Below, one piece after another: positions 12,501 to 25,600 of a DNA stretch of 64,000 nucleotides. The stretch comes from Scyliorhinus canicula (lineage: Eukaryota). Under the pieces are notes generated by a model, which was not told the DNA's origin, made no database searches, and saw only the letters and a list, made by a program, of their open reading frames with translations. Position numbers and translations under genes: made by a program. The stretch is taken from assembly GCF_902713615.1 (NCBI RefSeq), contig NC_052148.1:250429212-250493211 (forward strand), written 5' to 3'. Within the stretch, counting starts at the first letter, position 1; each line of letters starts with the position of its first letter.

Positions 12501-14176
12501 AGCTGAATGAAACCTTGCTTTGGGAGGTCAGTTTACTATTTAAGTGGCTGCTGCACCCATTGGAAAACCCGGCCTCCAACTGGGTACGCATGGAAATGCG
12601 TCGACAGCCCGCTAAATGAATTTACCACCGCCTCAAACTGAAGACAGCGTGCACGTGACACAACCGCCCCTCCCACCATCCGCGGGCTTAGCAGCACAGG
12701 TGAAAAACCTGTGAGTATCAGAAAATGCGATTTTCACCAGAGAGATCATGTTTCCAGATATTCCCCACCCCTCACCGGTGGCATTACGGAGGTTCACAAC
12801 CACAAAGAGCATGGACCTCATTTTAATAATTTTACATGTACTTAAATATGAGCGGGCCCCTCGCGGAGAGTAGAGGGACATGCCCTGATGCTGCCCCGAA
12901 ACAGGTTGTCATCACCAGGTTGGCACTGCCAAACCTGTGCCGGGGCAGTGCCAGGAGTGAGCCTTAGTGGGAGCATCCCCTTGTTACACAATAAATCTAC
13001 ACTATCTGACCTCTGTACGACTTCCCCTGTTGCCCAAACAACATCCAATAATCAGCTATAGTTACCAGATAACACAGGGAGGATACTCAAATCTGGTCCA
13101 GCAAAGGTATTTCTGCTTTTACGAAGGTTTTCTGTACTGCCTTAGCTCCATGACTTAGAAGTTTGTTTGCTGCAAACTTGACCTTCAGCCTAGGTGGCTG
13201 GAAATTTGCCCTTCCTAGATGGTAACTGCCTCCCTTCCTTCTCAGGGTCTGGTCTTTGTTGCTCTTTGCTTATGCCTTCTGTGTATTCGGCTGTCTGCCT
13301 CTATCAACTTTCTTTTCTTTGAATCTTTTTATTGGCATTTTTCTATCAACTTTCTTGATGATACATTGACATATGTATATATCAGGGACTTTCCCAATCA
13401 TCTATAATCTGTTTCTCCTCCATAAGCTATTCGCATTTGCTTATTACCTAAACTGCCATTCTAAACTCATTACCGAAAGAGACGCATATCAAGTGAGGCC
13501 CTTTGTCTTGAGCTGTCTCCCAGCAGATTCATGAGAGGGGCACATTAAACTGTAGTTAGTGGTAGGGAGGGGGGACTGGAGCAGACACTCGAGGTTAGCA
13601 GGGTTGTATGGGGGGGGGGGGGGGTGCAATACCAGCGATCAATGTCAGGGGAGGGGGTGATGCCGGCGAGGATGGTCAGGTGAGGGGGGGGGAAGATACC
13701 TCTGTGATGGGGGCTGTGCGACTGCAGTGATGATCCGTGCGCCATCTGTTGGTGGGTCAATGAGACCCTGCCCCACCAGAGTGACAGCGTAAACCCCTCC
13801 CACTCTTTTTTTTCTTCAGGGAGATTTAATATTTGGAGAGAAAACAGGTCTGTGCCACTGGAGAGTTGCACGCTAGTTTTCAGCCTGAGCCAATTTCTGG
13901 TAAGTTTCCACCCATGGTATCAAAAGTATCATTCAGAAGAATGAGAGAAATGTCTTAACAAGATTAGCATTCGCATGAGAGGGGCAAATTTTTAACTAAA
14001 CCCTGGAACCACAATCAAAGGCTTTGTGCAAGGGTTCTAAACCATGGAATACACAAGGTCAACGGGCGATTTGTTTAAAGTTCTCAGATATTAAGAAGAA
14101 CTGATAAGGTAGATAGGGAGATACTATTTCCACTAGTTGAGGAATCTGGGACTGGAGAACAAAGTCCAATGGTTAG

Positions 14177-14436
14177 TGTTATAACCTGCCTGGATCCTAT
14201 TGGCTGGGGACAATTGGTTACCCCATGATCCTCGAGGAATATGAGCTTCCTCAATGAGGATGGGGCGGGGCAATCATTAACAGTGCAGCTGTATAAATAG
14301 AGTTGGCCAGTGTGTGACTGGCTGGAGAGGGAACCAGTTGTTCCCTCTTTGGTACTTTGTACATATTGTTATAAGTAAAATTACTTTCTGTTTGATTGTA
14401 CAAACTCATGCTAGATTCTTCGTGGCCCTCACAAAA
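14177..14436 (+). mobile_element. Solo LTR (260 bp) inserted in a CR1 fragment
   Basis: Starts TGTT, internal TATAAATA, flanks GTTAG/GTTAA (5-bp TSD, one mismatch). Homologous over its full length to 62233-62489. Confidence 0.75.
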
Positions 14437-14724
14437 GTTAAAGCCAAGTATTTCAGTTAGAAGTTAGAAAACGCCTTTACGTACAAAGGGTAGTAGAAGT
14501 TTGGAGCTTTCTTTCACGATGAACCGTGGATGTTATGTAAAATGTGAATTGTAAATTCACATTCACATAAACCATAGGTTTAAAGGCAGCGGCAGAGCTC
14601 AGGCATGATCTCACTGAATGCGGGACGGCCTCAAGGGTTTAAAATGACCTTCTTTATGTTGCTTCCATGAAAAAGGAATCATTAGGAAAAATGAGGATGA
14701 CATGATACCAAAAGAGAAGTCTGT

Positions 14725-16110
14725 CTTGGTGGGATAGAATACTTTACGGACGTGTTTGTTGGACAGACGTTTGAAGACCTGGAGGGGAATGGGTTCAGGT
14801 ATCTGCAGGTAGGGACTTCATGAGGAAGGAGGTGCCTTCGTTTCTGGCACTGCCACCCCTGATGTTGCAGGATAAACACTTGTCCCATGGAGGAAATAGG
14901 ATAGGTCAAGGTCTCAGGTATATATGGGGAGCTGTTGAAGAGAGAGAGTGCCTCCGTGGAGGAGGTTAGGTGTAAATGGGTGGAGGAACTGGGTGGGACG
15001 CTGGAGCTGGGGTTTGGAGTGAGGCTTTGCAGAGGATTAATGTATCATCATCATGTGCAAGTCAAAGTCTCATTGAGTTCAAAGCGGTAGACAGTGGACC
15101 ACATGACAGTGTATAGGATGAGTCGGTGCTTTCCAGAGGTGGAGAATAGATGTGGGCGTAGTGCAGGGAGGCTGTGTCCCATGTCCATATGTTTTGGGCG
15201 TGACCGTGTTTTGGGGGGATTTTTGACAGGATTTGCCAATGTGCTGCCCAAGATTTTGGGGGTAATGGCAGCTCCAGGTCCGGAAGTGGCAATTAGAATT
15301 AGAATTAGAACAGTACAGCACAGAACAGGCCCTTCGGCCCTCAATGTTGTGCCAAGCAATGATCACCCTACTCAAACCCACGTATCCACCCTATACCAGT
15401 AACCCAACAACCACCATTAACATTATTTTTTAGGACACTAAGGGCAATTTATCATGGCCAATCCACCTAACCCGCACATCTTTGGACTGTGGGAGGAAAC
15501 CGGAGCACCCGGAGGAAACCCACGCACACACGGGGAGGACGTGCAGACTCCGCACAGACAGTGACCCAGCCAGGAATCGAACCTGGGACCCTGGAGCTGT
15601 GAAGCATTGATGCTAACCACCATGCTACCGTGCTGCCCCCTAATACGTGGAGTATTGAAGGATCCATGAGTGCAGGTGGGGAGAGAGGCCTTTGCCTCCC
15701 TGATAGCCCAGAGTCGGATTACGTTGTGCTGGTGGGACTCTGAGCTGCCCATGCAGGGGTATGGGTGAACGATTTGGCAGAGTTCCTGCACTTAGAGAAA
15801 ATCAAAGTCGCCATCAGAGGTACAGAGGATGGGTTCACCTTGAGGCGGAAGCTGTTCATCGACTTCTTTAAGGAGTATTGAGTCATCATCTGAGGCGGGG
15901 GGGGGGGTTCATTTTCAGTTTGGGTCAGGGGGGATCTGGGTTAAAAGTTAAAGGGGGGGCTGTCCTTGGGGTGGCAGTGGGTGGAGTTGGAGGGGGGAGT
16001 TTTGGGGGTGTAGGGATGTTTAAGCTGTTTGCTGCTGCCGTGGTTTTTTGTTTTTCTGTGTTATGTATATATTTGAAAATGCCTGCAATAAAATGTTTTC
16101 CAAAAAAAAA
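14725..16110 (+). mobile_element. 5'-truncated old L1 interrupted by a SINE
   Basis: RMSRCFPEVENRCGR zinc-knuckle region, G-rich 3' UTR, AATAAA and an A tail at ~16087-16110. Confidence 0.8.
15292..15640 (-). mobile_element. HE1-type V-SINE with CR1/HER1 tail
   Basis: Reverse-complement tRNA head, V-core and (TTCTAA)n tail. Related copies at 16345-16580(+), 25155-25530(+), 39421-39730(-), 44220-44435(-), 45130-45345(+) and 49850-50120(-). Confidence 0.88.
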
Positions 16111-18128
16111 GACCACAAGAACCACAGCGATATTTAAAAAGAGACCACAAATGTTCTTTCCTCCTTTGGTCTAACAGCAAAACATTTAACAGGATCAGGT
16201 TACATTCCATCTGCAGTGAATTTTAATTATGAGCAATATCACTTTGACTCAATAGAACAACTAAACCGGGAAAAGTATTCCAGCACTTCCTGTCCTTCAA
16301 TCTCGGTGCACTGTCCATTGAATTGTATTATTATTCCAACAGACAGGCGGCACGGTGGCACAGTGGTTTACACTGTTGCCTCACAGCGCCAGGGATGCGG
16401 GTTCAATCCCAGACCAGAGTTACTGTCTGTGTGGAGTTTGTACATGGATGGGCCGTGTGATCAATGCGTAGTGTTACGGCGATAGGGCGAGGGAATGGGT
16501 TGAGGTAGAGTGGTCTTTTGGAGGGTCCGTGCAAACTCAATGAGCCGAATGGCCTTCTTCTGTAATGTAGGGATTCTATGGAGAAGATTCGACCATTTGA
16601 ATTATAATTAGGTGGTCACAAATTTTCTTGTTACGTACAATTTCCCAAATGCATTTCCCAATGCATTTAACAGAATTAAAAATGCAAATATTAATTACGG
16701 TATCATTTATAGTAGGCAAAATAAAGTAAATAACTTTAAAGAAATTTTACAGTATATCTAGTCCAGGTTTCTAATACAACAATTTGTGACTAATTACAGA
16801 GAAGTCCTATGTACAATGGAAAGTGCTAATAATACAATAATCAAGGAATATAAATAGTAACACAGACATGTTAAGAAAGTTTCAATGTTTTCCAACATGA
16901 TCTCGATGTTATCTTAAGTATGTGAAAAGTTTTAGGTATCCCATAATAAGAATGATGGAAACACAATGGAAAAGTTACATTAGGATTAAACTCTTTAGGA
17001 GAATGCCAAGAATGATGGATGGCTTTTATGAAGAGAGACTTGAGAAGTTAGTTATTACAGACCTGAGGCAGATTAAAAGATGGTGTGAAGGACATTTAGA
17101 GTTGAGTGCCAGTGTTGGTTCAGTGGGAGCACTCTCAACCACCACTGTGTCAGGAGGCTGTGGGTTCAAGCCCCACTAAAGGCTTGGCTACATACTCTAG
17201 GCTGCCGCTTCAATGCAGGGCTGAGGGAATGATACACGGTTGGAAACTGGGCTTGATTTAACGATTCCCATTGTGGCAAGAAACATGGCACTGGGTCCAC
17301 TTAATCCTGGGAGAGGCCCCAAATCAGTCTCTCGATGGTCGCAAAACCTTCCTGATTAAGTCAAAGGGCAGAAGGGGTGGAATTTCCCCAAAAGGCAGAA
17401 GGGGTGGGGTCAGTTTGGTTTATGAACCAATTAACACCCATCATCTCTGAGCCCACCACAATTTAGTGGTGGCGCAGAGGTTAATTGAAAGAGTCATGGC
17501 TTTCCTGTGCCCTCAGAAGATCATATGCCAAACGTTGTCAGGTTTGCCAGTGGACTCGCTAAGGGGGGAGTGCATAGAGAGACCCAACATCAGGCAGGAA
17601 GTGGGCTCTAAAAGCCACCCTCCTGGCATTGTCTCAGACCCCTTTGGTCCCTCGCCTGTATGATCCACATCCCGCATTCGCTCACCCTTAGTCTGGGATC
17701 CCGTGATGATATAGGGGCCTCTGGCAGGTGCCCTGCAGCCACCAGCCACCACTCCTGCTGGCACTGGTGGCATGAGAAGATGCTAGCTGCTGATCAGGTA
17801 TAAGCTCTCAACAGATGGGATACCTAGCACCAGAAACCTCAATTGCTGGGGAAAGCTCGATGTGGACATTTAAGTGCCCAAAAAGAAACTGATTCCGTCA
17901 CCCCCACAAAAGTAATGAGGGTTCCCCACCACATCTCTGACCGGTGGGTGAGACCTCTATTTCCCAACAGAATACTAGTCACTGCCGTTCAGTTGAGATG
18001 TGAAACTGAGGCTCTGTCTGCTTTTTACAGTGGATGCAAATGGTGGCAATTGCAAAGCAGAGCAAGTATGATCACAAGTATCCAAGCCAATGTTTATTCT
18101 TATAACAACATCTAAAGCAAATAAACTA

Positions 18129-18322
18129 GGCTGTGGTTTTCCGGCACTTACCGCCAGCGGAATCTTCCTGTTTGTTCTGAATATTGTTGTATCTTTCTGC
18201 GACCAGCGAGCAACGCAAATGACCATTGACATTCGACGGGACTGGGTAATCCCGCCAGCAGCCAATGGTGATCTATCTCCACCACGGAAACCTGCTGCTG
18301 GAGTGCCGGAAAGTCCCAGCCC
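18129..18322. mobile_element. MITE (Harbinger-like non-autonomous element)
   Basis: Terminal inverted repeats GGCTGTGGTTTTCCGGCAC / GTGCCGGAAAGTCCCAGCC, about 190 bp, internally palindromic. Confidence 0.65.
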
Positions 18323-18529
18323 TAATCTTTTATTTTGTTGATGATTGTGAGAGGCCATGTGCAAATCATCATAGCATCATAAAATCCCTGTAGTGCAAAT
18401 GTTTGCTGTGTTCCTTTCAATAGTGAATGCCCTTCAAAAGTGCTTAATCGGCTGTGAAGCACTTTGGAACATCTGGAAGTCATAAAATCGCTATATAAAT
18501 GCAAGTGCATTCTTTACTCGATTCTGTGT

Positions 18530-19260
18530 TCATTCGTTCTGGGTCTTGGGCATCACTAAGCAAAGCCAGCAGGAGTTGTCCATCCTAACTTCTCTTGAGA
18601 AGATGATGGTGGTCATCCTTCTTGAACTATTGTAGTCCTCGTGGTGAAAATGTGCTGAATATGCTGTAAAGTCGAGAGGATTTTGACACAGTGAAATAAA
18701 GGCCTGCAATATATGTTCAAATAAATATGAGGCATATTTTACCACAGCAGCCCGTCACACGTTTCACAGCGGAGGGAGGTGGCCCATCATTGGCCGGCAG
18801 CGGAATCTTCTGCTCTCGTCATTGTCAACGGGTTTCCCATTGAATGCACCTTTCACTGCCACGAAACCCGGAGCAAAATGTGAATGGCAGAAAGTTCCAG
18901 CCACGATGTGTGACTTGAGAGACTTGGAGAGGGACTGGTGTCTCATACACCCGCTGCCTTTGTCTTCTATGTGGTGGAAGATATAACTTTGAGAAGTGAT
19001 ACCAAAGAAAATTGATGACATGCTAAAGCATATCCTGTAGATAGTACATACTGAAATCAAATGGTAATGAAAGGAATGGATGTTTAATTTGGTGTTTGGG
19101 GTGCTGATAAAGCGGATGGCTTTAGCTTGGATGCTGTTGAGCTCCTTGAGTGTTGTTGGAGCTGCATCCATCCAGACAATTGCAGAGTATTTCATCACAC
19201 TCCTGATTTTTGTCTTGATGGAGAGGCTCGTGGGAGTCAGGTGGTGCGCCACATGCTGCA
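18530..19260 (-). mobile_element. L2/CR1-group LINE 3' fragment with a nested MITE remnant
   Basis: ORF 18764-19252 (HLTPTSL...IRSVMKYSAIVWMDAAPTTLKELNSIQAKAIRFI) resembles a LINE RT C-terminus. Related pieces at 34050-34400 and 37470-37865. Confidence 0.7.
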
Positions 19261-19371
19261 GAAATCTGTTCTCCCCAGAGTCCAGGTAAAACTCTGATTC
19301 ACTTCAAACATGGTTCGCTGGCAGGGGGACATTCTGTGGTGATGAAAGGTGCTATATAAATGCAAGTCCTT

Positions 19372-19779
19372 TGATGTGTTATCTGTGCTGGTCTAACATC
19401 GACTGCAACTGGATGCAGTAAAACGAAAAACAGGCTTCCGACACAGGAGATGGTCCAACACTGTTTTATTGAACCTGTTGATTGCTGTACATAATCTGCA
19501 GTGGGTTGACACTCTATTAACCTAACTGATAACCTCCTACTGGCTTGACCAGACTAGCTCTCTACCACATGGTGATGATATTCATTGGCCTGTGCACTGC
19601 GACTATCTCCCTAGCCGTGTCCTGTGAGAGAGGGAGAGCCTTAATGCCCTGTGGGCTTTATAGTGGTGGTGTCCTGTCTAGTGATTGGTTGTTCTGTGTC
19701 ATGTGTGTTCTTTGATTATCCTGTGTGTCAATCACTGCCTGTCTGCATCTCATGATATACATGAGTGGATATTATGACA
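19372..19779 (-). mobile_element. Solo LTR (408 bp)
   Basis: TG...CA ends, perfect 5-bp TSD TCCTT (19367-19371 and 19780-19784). TATAAA then AATAAA occur in the right order on the minus strand. Confidence 0.85.
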
Positions 19780-21583
19780 TCCTTCCTTATTAAATCTGGA
19801 CTCATTAGATTTCTAGTAATAAAGTGACCAAAAAAGTGACAAACAATTGCTCCCGGAAGAAATTTCACCCAGAAAATGTTTTCTTTGAAATAAGAATAGT
19901 AATACTGGACATATTAAAGAAACTTTTCCAAAAGAATAAGTCGGTAACATTTGGTCAACATACTACATACAAGCAATGATGATTTTTCTTTTGAAACGTA
20001 CCACATATGTATGAATTGGTTAACGCACAGTCTAGAACACATTAAGTAGGTCAGCTTAAAAAATTAAAATGGTACCACTGATCATGCAAATGGTTCATTC
20101 TTTACAATGTACAATAAGATATGTTCTCCTTTTCTGCTTTCTGTTCACTTCTATTTTGTTTTATTGGGCAGTAAAAGCATTGTGCTGGACAGACTCTGCA
20201 TGTGCCCCATATGATTAATGTACACTTTTAAAAGGTCAGAATAGATCAATAGATTCTCTACATCCAAATACCAGAAAATATATCAGTAATGCAGCTAAAG
20301 GTGGAAAGGTTTACAAATACTATCATTTTTTTCCTTCACTTTAACATCTATAGTTTGTATTTTGATACATTTCTAAACTGCATACGTAAAAGTGTAATCT
20401 CACAGCCAATAACATATTAGCCTAAATATTCTGAAATCATTTCATTCATGGTCATCCTAAAGCAGCAAAACCTGGGAGAGACTGGAAACATATTACCTTG
20501 TCTGCTCTGGTCGGGTCGTTGTCATTTTTCAGCACTGATCCCCTCAACGCGGCATCAGCGAAGTGGTCCTCATGGTAACTTCTATGTCACCGAGCTGACC
20601 TCGCGGGGAGTATATCACCTTCCCCGGAGGCTTTCTCAGTGCTGCAACGCTGCTACAGACCTTCATCCTCAAATTTCCCTTTCTTTTTCATGGATTCCTC
20701 CTGAGATTGACATATCTGTGGGAATAGGGATGTGCAGACACTGGGAATTACTTCTTAATGCTGTTTCACAGGAATTATATTTCCTAAAATTAACTCTTTT
20801 TAATTGTGTCACTTTATGTCACTTTACATCCGATCAGTTATATACCCCCCAATTCCAAGTCTCCCTCTGAGTTACATGGCACTTGTTCTGAGCTCTTGTG
20901 TCATGTGGTTGGAACACGGGGTAATCTACTGGCTCGGTCCGCTTCTGAAGTAGCTGATTTGCCATTAAATCCCTTGTAAAGCGTTCAAATTATTTTTCCA
21001 GGCAATTTCAGCAGAAGTTCTTAATAGGAAACCCAGAGGATTTAGTAGCATAATTTACAGCATGAATCCATTAGCCCATCCTTCCAGGGTCATTAGTTCT
21101 TGTGTTCCGGCCAGATTTGATGTAATTGAGTAAAAGCAACAAAACGAGTTCCCTTTCAGAATTGCCGACCATTTTTTAAAGTTTTCTCGCAAAAGCTTAA
21201 TTTTATTAAGGATCAGAACAGAAACAGTGCTAAAATATAGGTGATTCACAGTTAAATGATCAATTTTACTCAGATATAGAGATCGCCACCATGAACATAA
21301 ACAATGTAGAATTGTTTGTCATTGACTTCAATGGATTATGTTGATTTTGTTTGTATAGAATTTTATCAGGTAAGTTTACAAAATTCTCCCACACAGAAAT
21401 TTCTGGCTAATCATTTCATAATAAAAATATTTTCTTATCTACTTAAGCTTTATGTATTTGGAGGTTTTTTTTAAAAATTCATTTACGGGGTGTGGGCATT
21501 GCCGACTCGGCCAATATTTATTGCCCATCCCTAATTGTCTCTGAGAAGATAGTGGTGGACTGCAATTCACAAACAGGGCCAAT

Positions 21584-22150
21584 CACTAGTGTCGAACAGG
21601 GTCAATTATTACTCCAAACACACCATTAGTGTTAAACAGGGTCAATTATTACTCCAAAGAGGCCACTAGTATCGAACATGGTCAATTATTTCTCCAAACA
21701 GCCCACTGGTGTCGAACAGGATCAATTATTACTCCAAACACACCATTAGTGTTAAACAGGGTCAATTATTACTCCAAAGAGGCCACTAGTATCAAACATG
21801 GTCAATTATTTCTCCAAACAGACCACTAGTGTCGAACAGGGTCAATTGTTACTCCAAACAGACCATTAGTGTTAAACAGGGTCAATTATTACTCCAAAGA
21901 GGCCACTAGTATCGAACATGGTCAATTATTTCTCCAAACAGCCCACTGGTGTCGAACAGGATCAATTATTACTCCAAACACACCATTAGTGTTAAACAGG
22001 GTCAATTATTACTCCAAAGAGGCCACTAGTATCAAACATGGTCAATTATTTCTCCAAACAGCCCACTTGTGTCGAACAGGGTCAATTGTTACTCCAAACA
22101 GACCACTGGTATCGAACAGGGTCAATTATTACTTCAAACAGACTAGTGTC
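21584..22150. repeat. 40-bp minisatellite, 14 units, with 120-bp and 240-bp higher-order periodicity
   Basis: Consensus CACTAGTGTCGAACAGGGTCAATTATTACTCCAAACAGAC. Variants recur every 3 and every 6 units. Confidence 0.95.
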
Positions 22151-22486
22151 ACAAAGACAAACAAATGAGCAACTCAACAACTTGCAATTTTTAAAAATGG
22201 AATTAAGTATCAAACTGCAATACATAAATCATGACTGCAGGATTTTACAGCCATAAAGTGAACGACCAAACAAAATGCTTCAAGAGCTGATAATGCACAC
22301 TTGTGTTTTCACAGAGGGCAATTGAGCAGAACTGTAAATAAAAAGACATACAATGCACAAAACGGGAACAATATGTGATGTAAAACATTTTGGTACTGGG
22401 ACAATTCTTAAGATAGGTTAGCAAAACTTACATTTGTTGGAAACATTCTCCTAAAAAGCTAAAGAAAAACCAAAATAAGTTTTCAG

Positions 22487-22620
22487 CATAAGACCATAAG
22501 ACATAGAAGCAGAATTAGGCCACTCGGCCCATCAAGTCTTCTCCGCCATTCAATCATGGCTGATATTTTTCGCATCCCCATTCCCCTGTCTTCTCCCCAT
22601 AACCCCTGATCCCCTTGATT
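22487..22620 (-). mobile_element. CR1/HER1 LINE 3' end
   Basis: CATAAGAC tail repeats and a typical CR1 3' UTR. Related fragments at 23770-23950, 46845-47200, 57630-57880, 58990-59660 and 63390-63545. Confidence 0.8.
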
Positions 22621-25600
22621 GGAGACCACAAATAATTTCTCGCTTGGATTTGTTAAACATTACCAGGTTAATCATTTCACTGTCGGGGTTAATGATAATT
22701 AATTTTTCTTCTCTCTCTCTCTCTTCTCTTTAGCCTGTCCCAGGTGGATGACTTTACCTGGCAGGGTGACTCAGTCCACACAATTCTCCAGGGGAGGGAT
22801 GGAGCTGGACAGCAATGACTCCAAGCTAACCGACTGGCCACTGCAATTCATCTACTGCCAGATCTTCCCCAGCCGAAAGAAAAGGCCGGGACGGACAGAA
22901 TTCCTTCCCGGGTCTACCGCTGCAAGTCAGAATAAATGTCTGACTGCGATTCACCACCCACCGATTTCCAGCTACTGCCAGTGTAAAAATTCCATGATGA
23001 ATGATTCGCTTTCGTGCCCTTCTAGAGTTCTTGCCAATAAACTGCTTACGCGTCAATGAGTACAAATGTGAATAAACGCATGTGCAATGAGTGTGTGTAT
23101 GAGTGTGTGTGGTTGGAGGGGGAGGGGGTGTCGAGTCTCTGCCTCTCCATCAGAGAGAGCAGGCGAGGAGGGTGCTCACTGATTGATTAATAGCTCTTAG
23201 GACCACTTACTAGCCCCACTCGCTAACGTGGTCCTCCACTGGGTGTTGCATTCATTCCACCACTTTAATCTTCGTCCCCATATAACCTACCCATATAGAC
23301 AGATTTTAATGTGTGGCCATTGACCTGTTACCACAAGAGTGATGTGCCCTCAGCAAGTCACAGAAATGAATGGAAAGAATATGAATTTGAGAATATGGAT
23401 TCTTTTTTAACCATATATAATAAGGTTGATTGGAAGTGACCAAGTCTGAAGTGAAATAAAAACATCAAGTATTTTATCATGTACCGATAAGTTTGTATCA
23501 TTTTAGTTTATTTTCAATTATCCTGTTTATTTTATATTGGAGGAGATGGGGAGACAGTTGAGCTGCTGGTGATAAAGAAAATATTACTTGAAAAGCTATG
23601 GACAATCTATGGATAATGGAGGTCCCAGTGCAATATTCAAACTGTGTGCAGATCCAACCATACAAACTTTCCGAATTCAGTCCTTGAGCTGTTTAAGAAA
23701 ACATTTACTCCACCACTTTTGCATCATTGCTCTCGAGGTCCGGGTGCTCATCAGTACAGCAACAATAGCTTAAGGGCACAGGTTCAAAATAATTGGCAAA
23801 AGGAATAAAATTGATGCGAGGAAAAAGAATTTCACCCAGAGGATGGTTGGAGTCTGGGATGAACTTTCTGATAGGTGGAGTCGGGTTTGATTGAGGTATT
23901 CAAAAGAGATTGGATTGCTATCGGAAAAGAGAGAATGTGCAAGGTTACAGCGATTGTTTTCCCCACGTGAATAACGCCATGCCTGAGGCGCAAAGAATCT
24001 GGTTTGCCTGTCCCGGGGACGATCTATTCACGTCAGTGAGGGGGGCGAGTGTTACCTGTGCAGAGGATAAACGACATCACTCAGATGTCACACCAAAACC
24101 TCCCTTCCAGATTGTCTGTACACAATTAATTTAGAATGAGCACGTTGTAGCAGATATCAGAGAGTAAGTGCGTGCATGATGAGTGATGCTGGTCACAAAT
24201 CAGCTCTAGATTGAGACGGAAATAACTCCCATGTTGACCAATTTTGTGGCATTGATCAATGATATAGCTTCCTGTACTATCAAGAAACCTGCCACTCTGT
24301 AAAATTGCAGTGTAATGTCATGCTGATGACATCTGTCATTGTGGAGTGGATGGAATTACTTACTCTAACAAACGATGCCTTTGTGATTTGCATTAGGCAC
24401 CCGTGTACAGATGGTTGGCTGATACTAATGGCACAGGAAATTTATGTGACTTACGAATGACTAATGTTAAACTAGCTGGGGAAGACAATTAAAGGGATTT
24501 GAGAATAATAATAGTCAGCACTTGATACCCATCATCGGGGAGTCATGTTCAATAATCAAGTTAGTGAGGGACAATGGTACAACTTTACAAATTTTTGCCT
24601 CCTGGAGGAGCTATCAGGAGTTCTTTTGGAGCTAAGAAATTGTGAGTGGATTTTCAATCATTTTAATGGATGTAAATTTGTGGGATACAATCCTGTCATT
24701 TCCCATCGTGTTCTTCTTTACTCTTCTTGGGAAATATAACTTACCCTTATGTTGCTAAATCAACCAAGTATTATCCTGTGGTCATGAGAGCGCAATTGTT
24801 TGGAGGAAATCTTGAATGCTTTTGCCCATCAAGGCATCAGGAAAAATCCCAAATCCTGCAATTACTGCAGGGAATCACTTAGGAATACCTTTCCTTGGTA
24901 TTAGTGTTCTGAGGTTTACATAGATACATACAGAGAAGATAGGAGCAGGAGGAGGCCTTTTGGCCCTTCGAGCCTGCTCCACAAAGGGCAGGTTGAGGGC
25001 AGGTTAGGAAAAATTGAACCTTAATATGAACTGACAAATAGACAAATATTTTTGACAAATAGACAAATTTTGACAAACCTGTTTGTCTAAAATTTGTCTC
25101 TCCACTATTTTAGTGGTGCCCTTAACTCACTTAAACCAAGCTCCACCCCAAACAATTGGCACGGAGGCACAGTTGGTTGGCACTGCTGCCGCACAGTGTC
25201 AGGGACGAGTGTTCAATTCCGGTCTTGGGTGACTGTGTGAAGCTTGTACTTTCTCGTCGTGTCTGCATGGGTTTCCTCCCGGTGCTCCGGTTTCCTCCCA
25301 CAGTCCAAAGATGTGCAGGTTGGGTGGATTTGCCACGCTAAATTGCCCTTTAGTGTTAAATGATGTTCAGGTTAGGTGGATAGGACATGATAAATTGCCC
25401 CTCAGTGTTCCCAGGTTAGATGAAGTTATTGGAATAGGGAAGGGAAGTGGCCCAGGTGGGGTGCTCTTTCGGAGGGTCGGTGCAGACTTGATGGGCCAAA
25501 TAGCCTCCTTCTGCACTGTAGGGATTCTGTGAATTTTAACTCTGTGTAAGTGAATGAGTTAAAATCTCTCTCTCCCCCCCCCCCCCCCTCCCCCCCCCCC

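Noticed and set aside
21584-22150. CRISPR-like array, or coding repeat ORFs (21629, 21869, 22038)
   Set aside because: Units are contiguous with no unique spacers, there are no cas genes, and the context is eukaryotic. The ORFs are by-products of the repeat.
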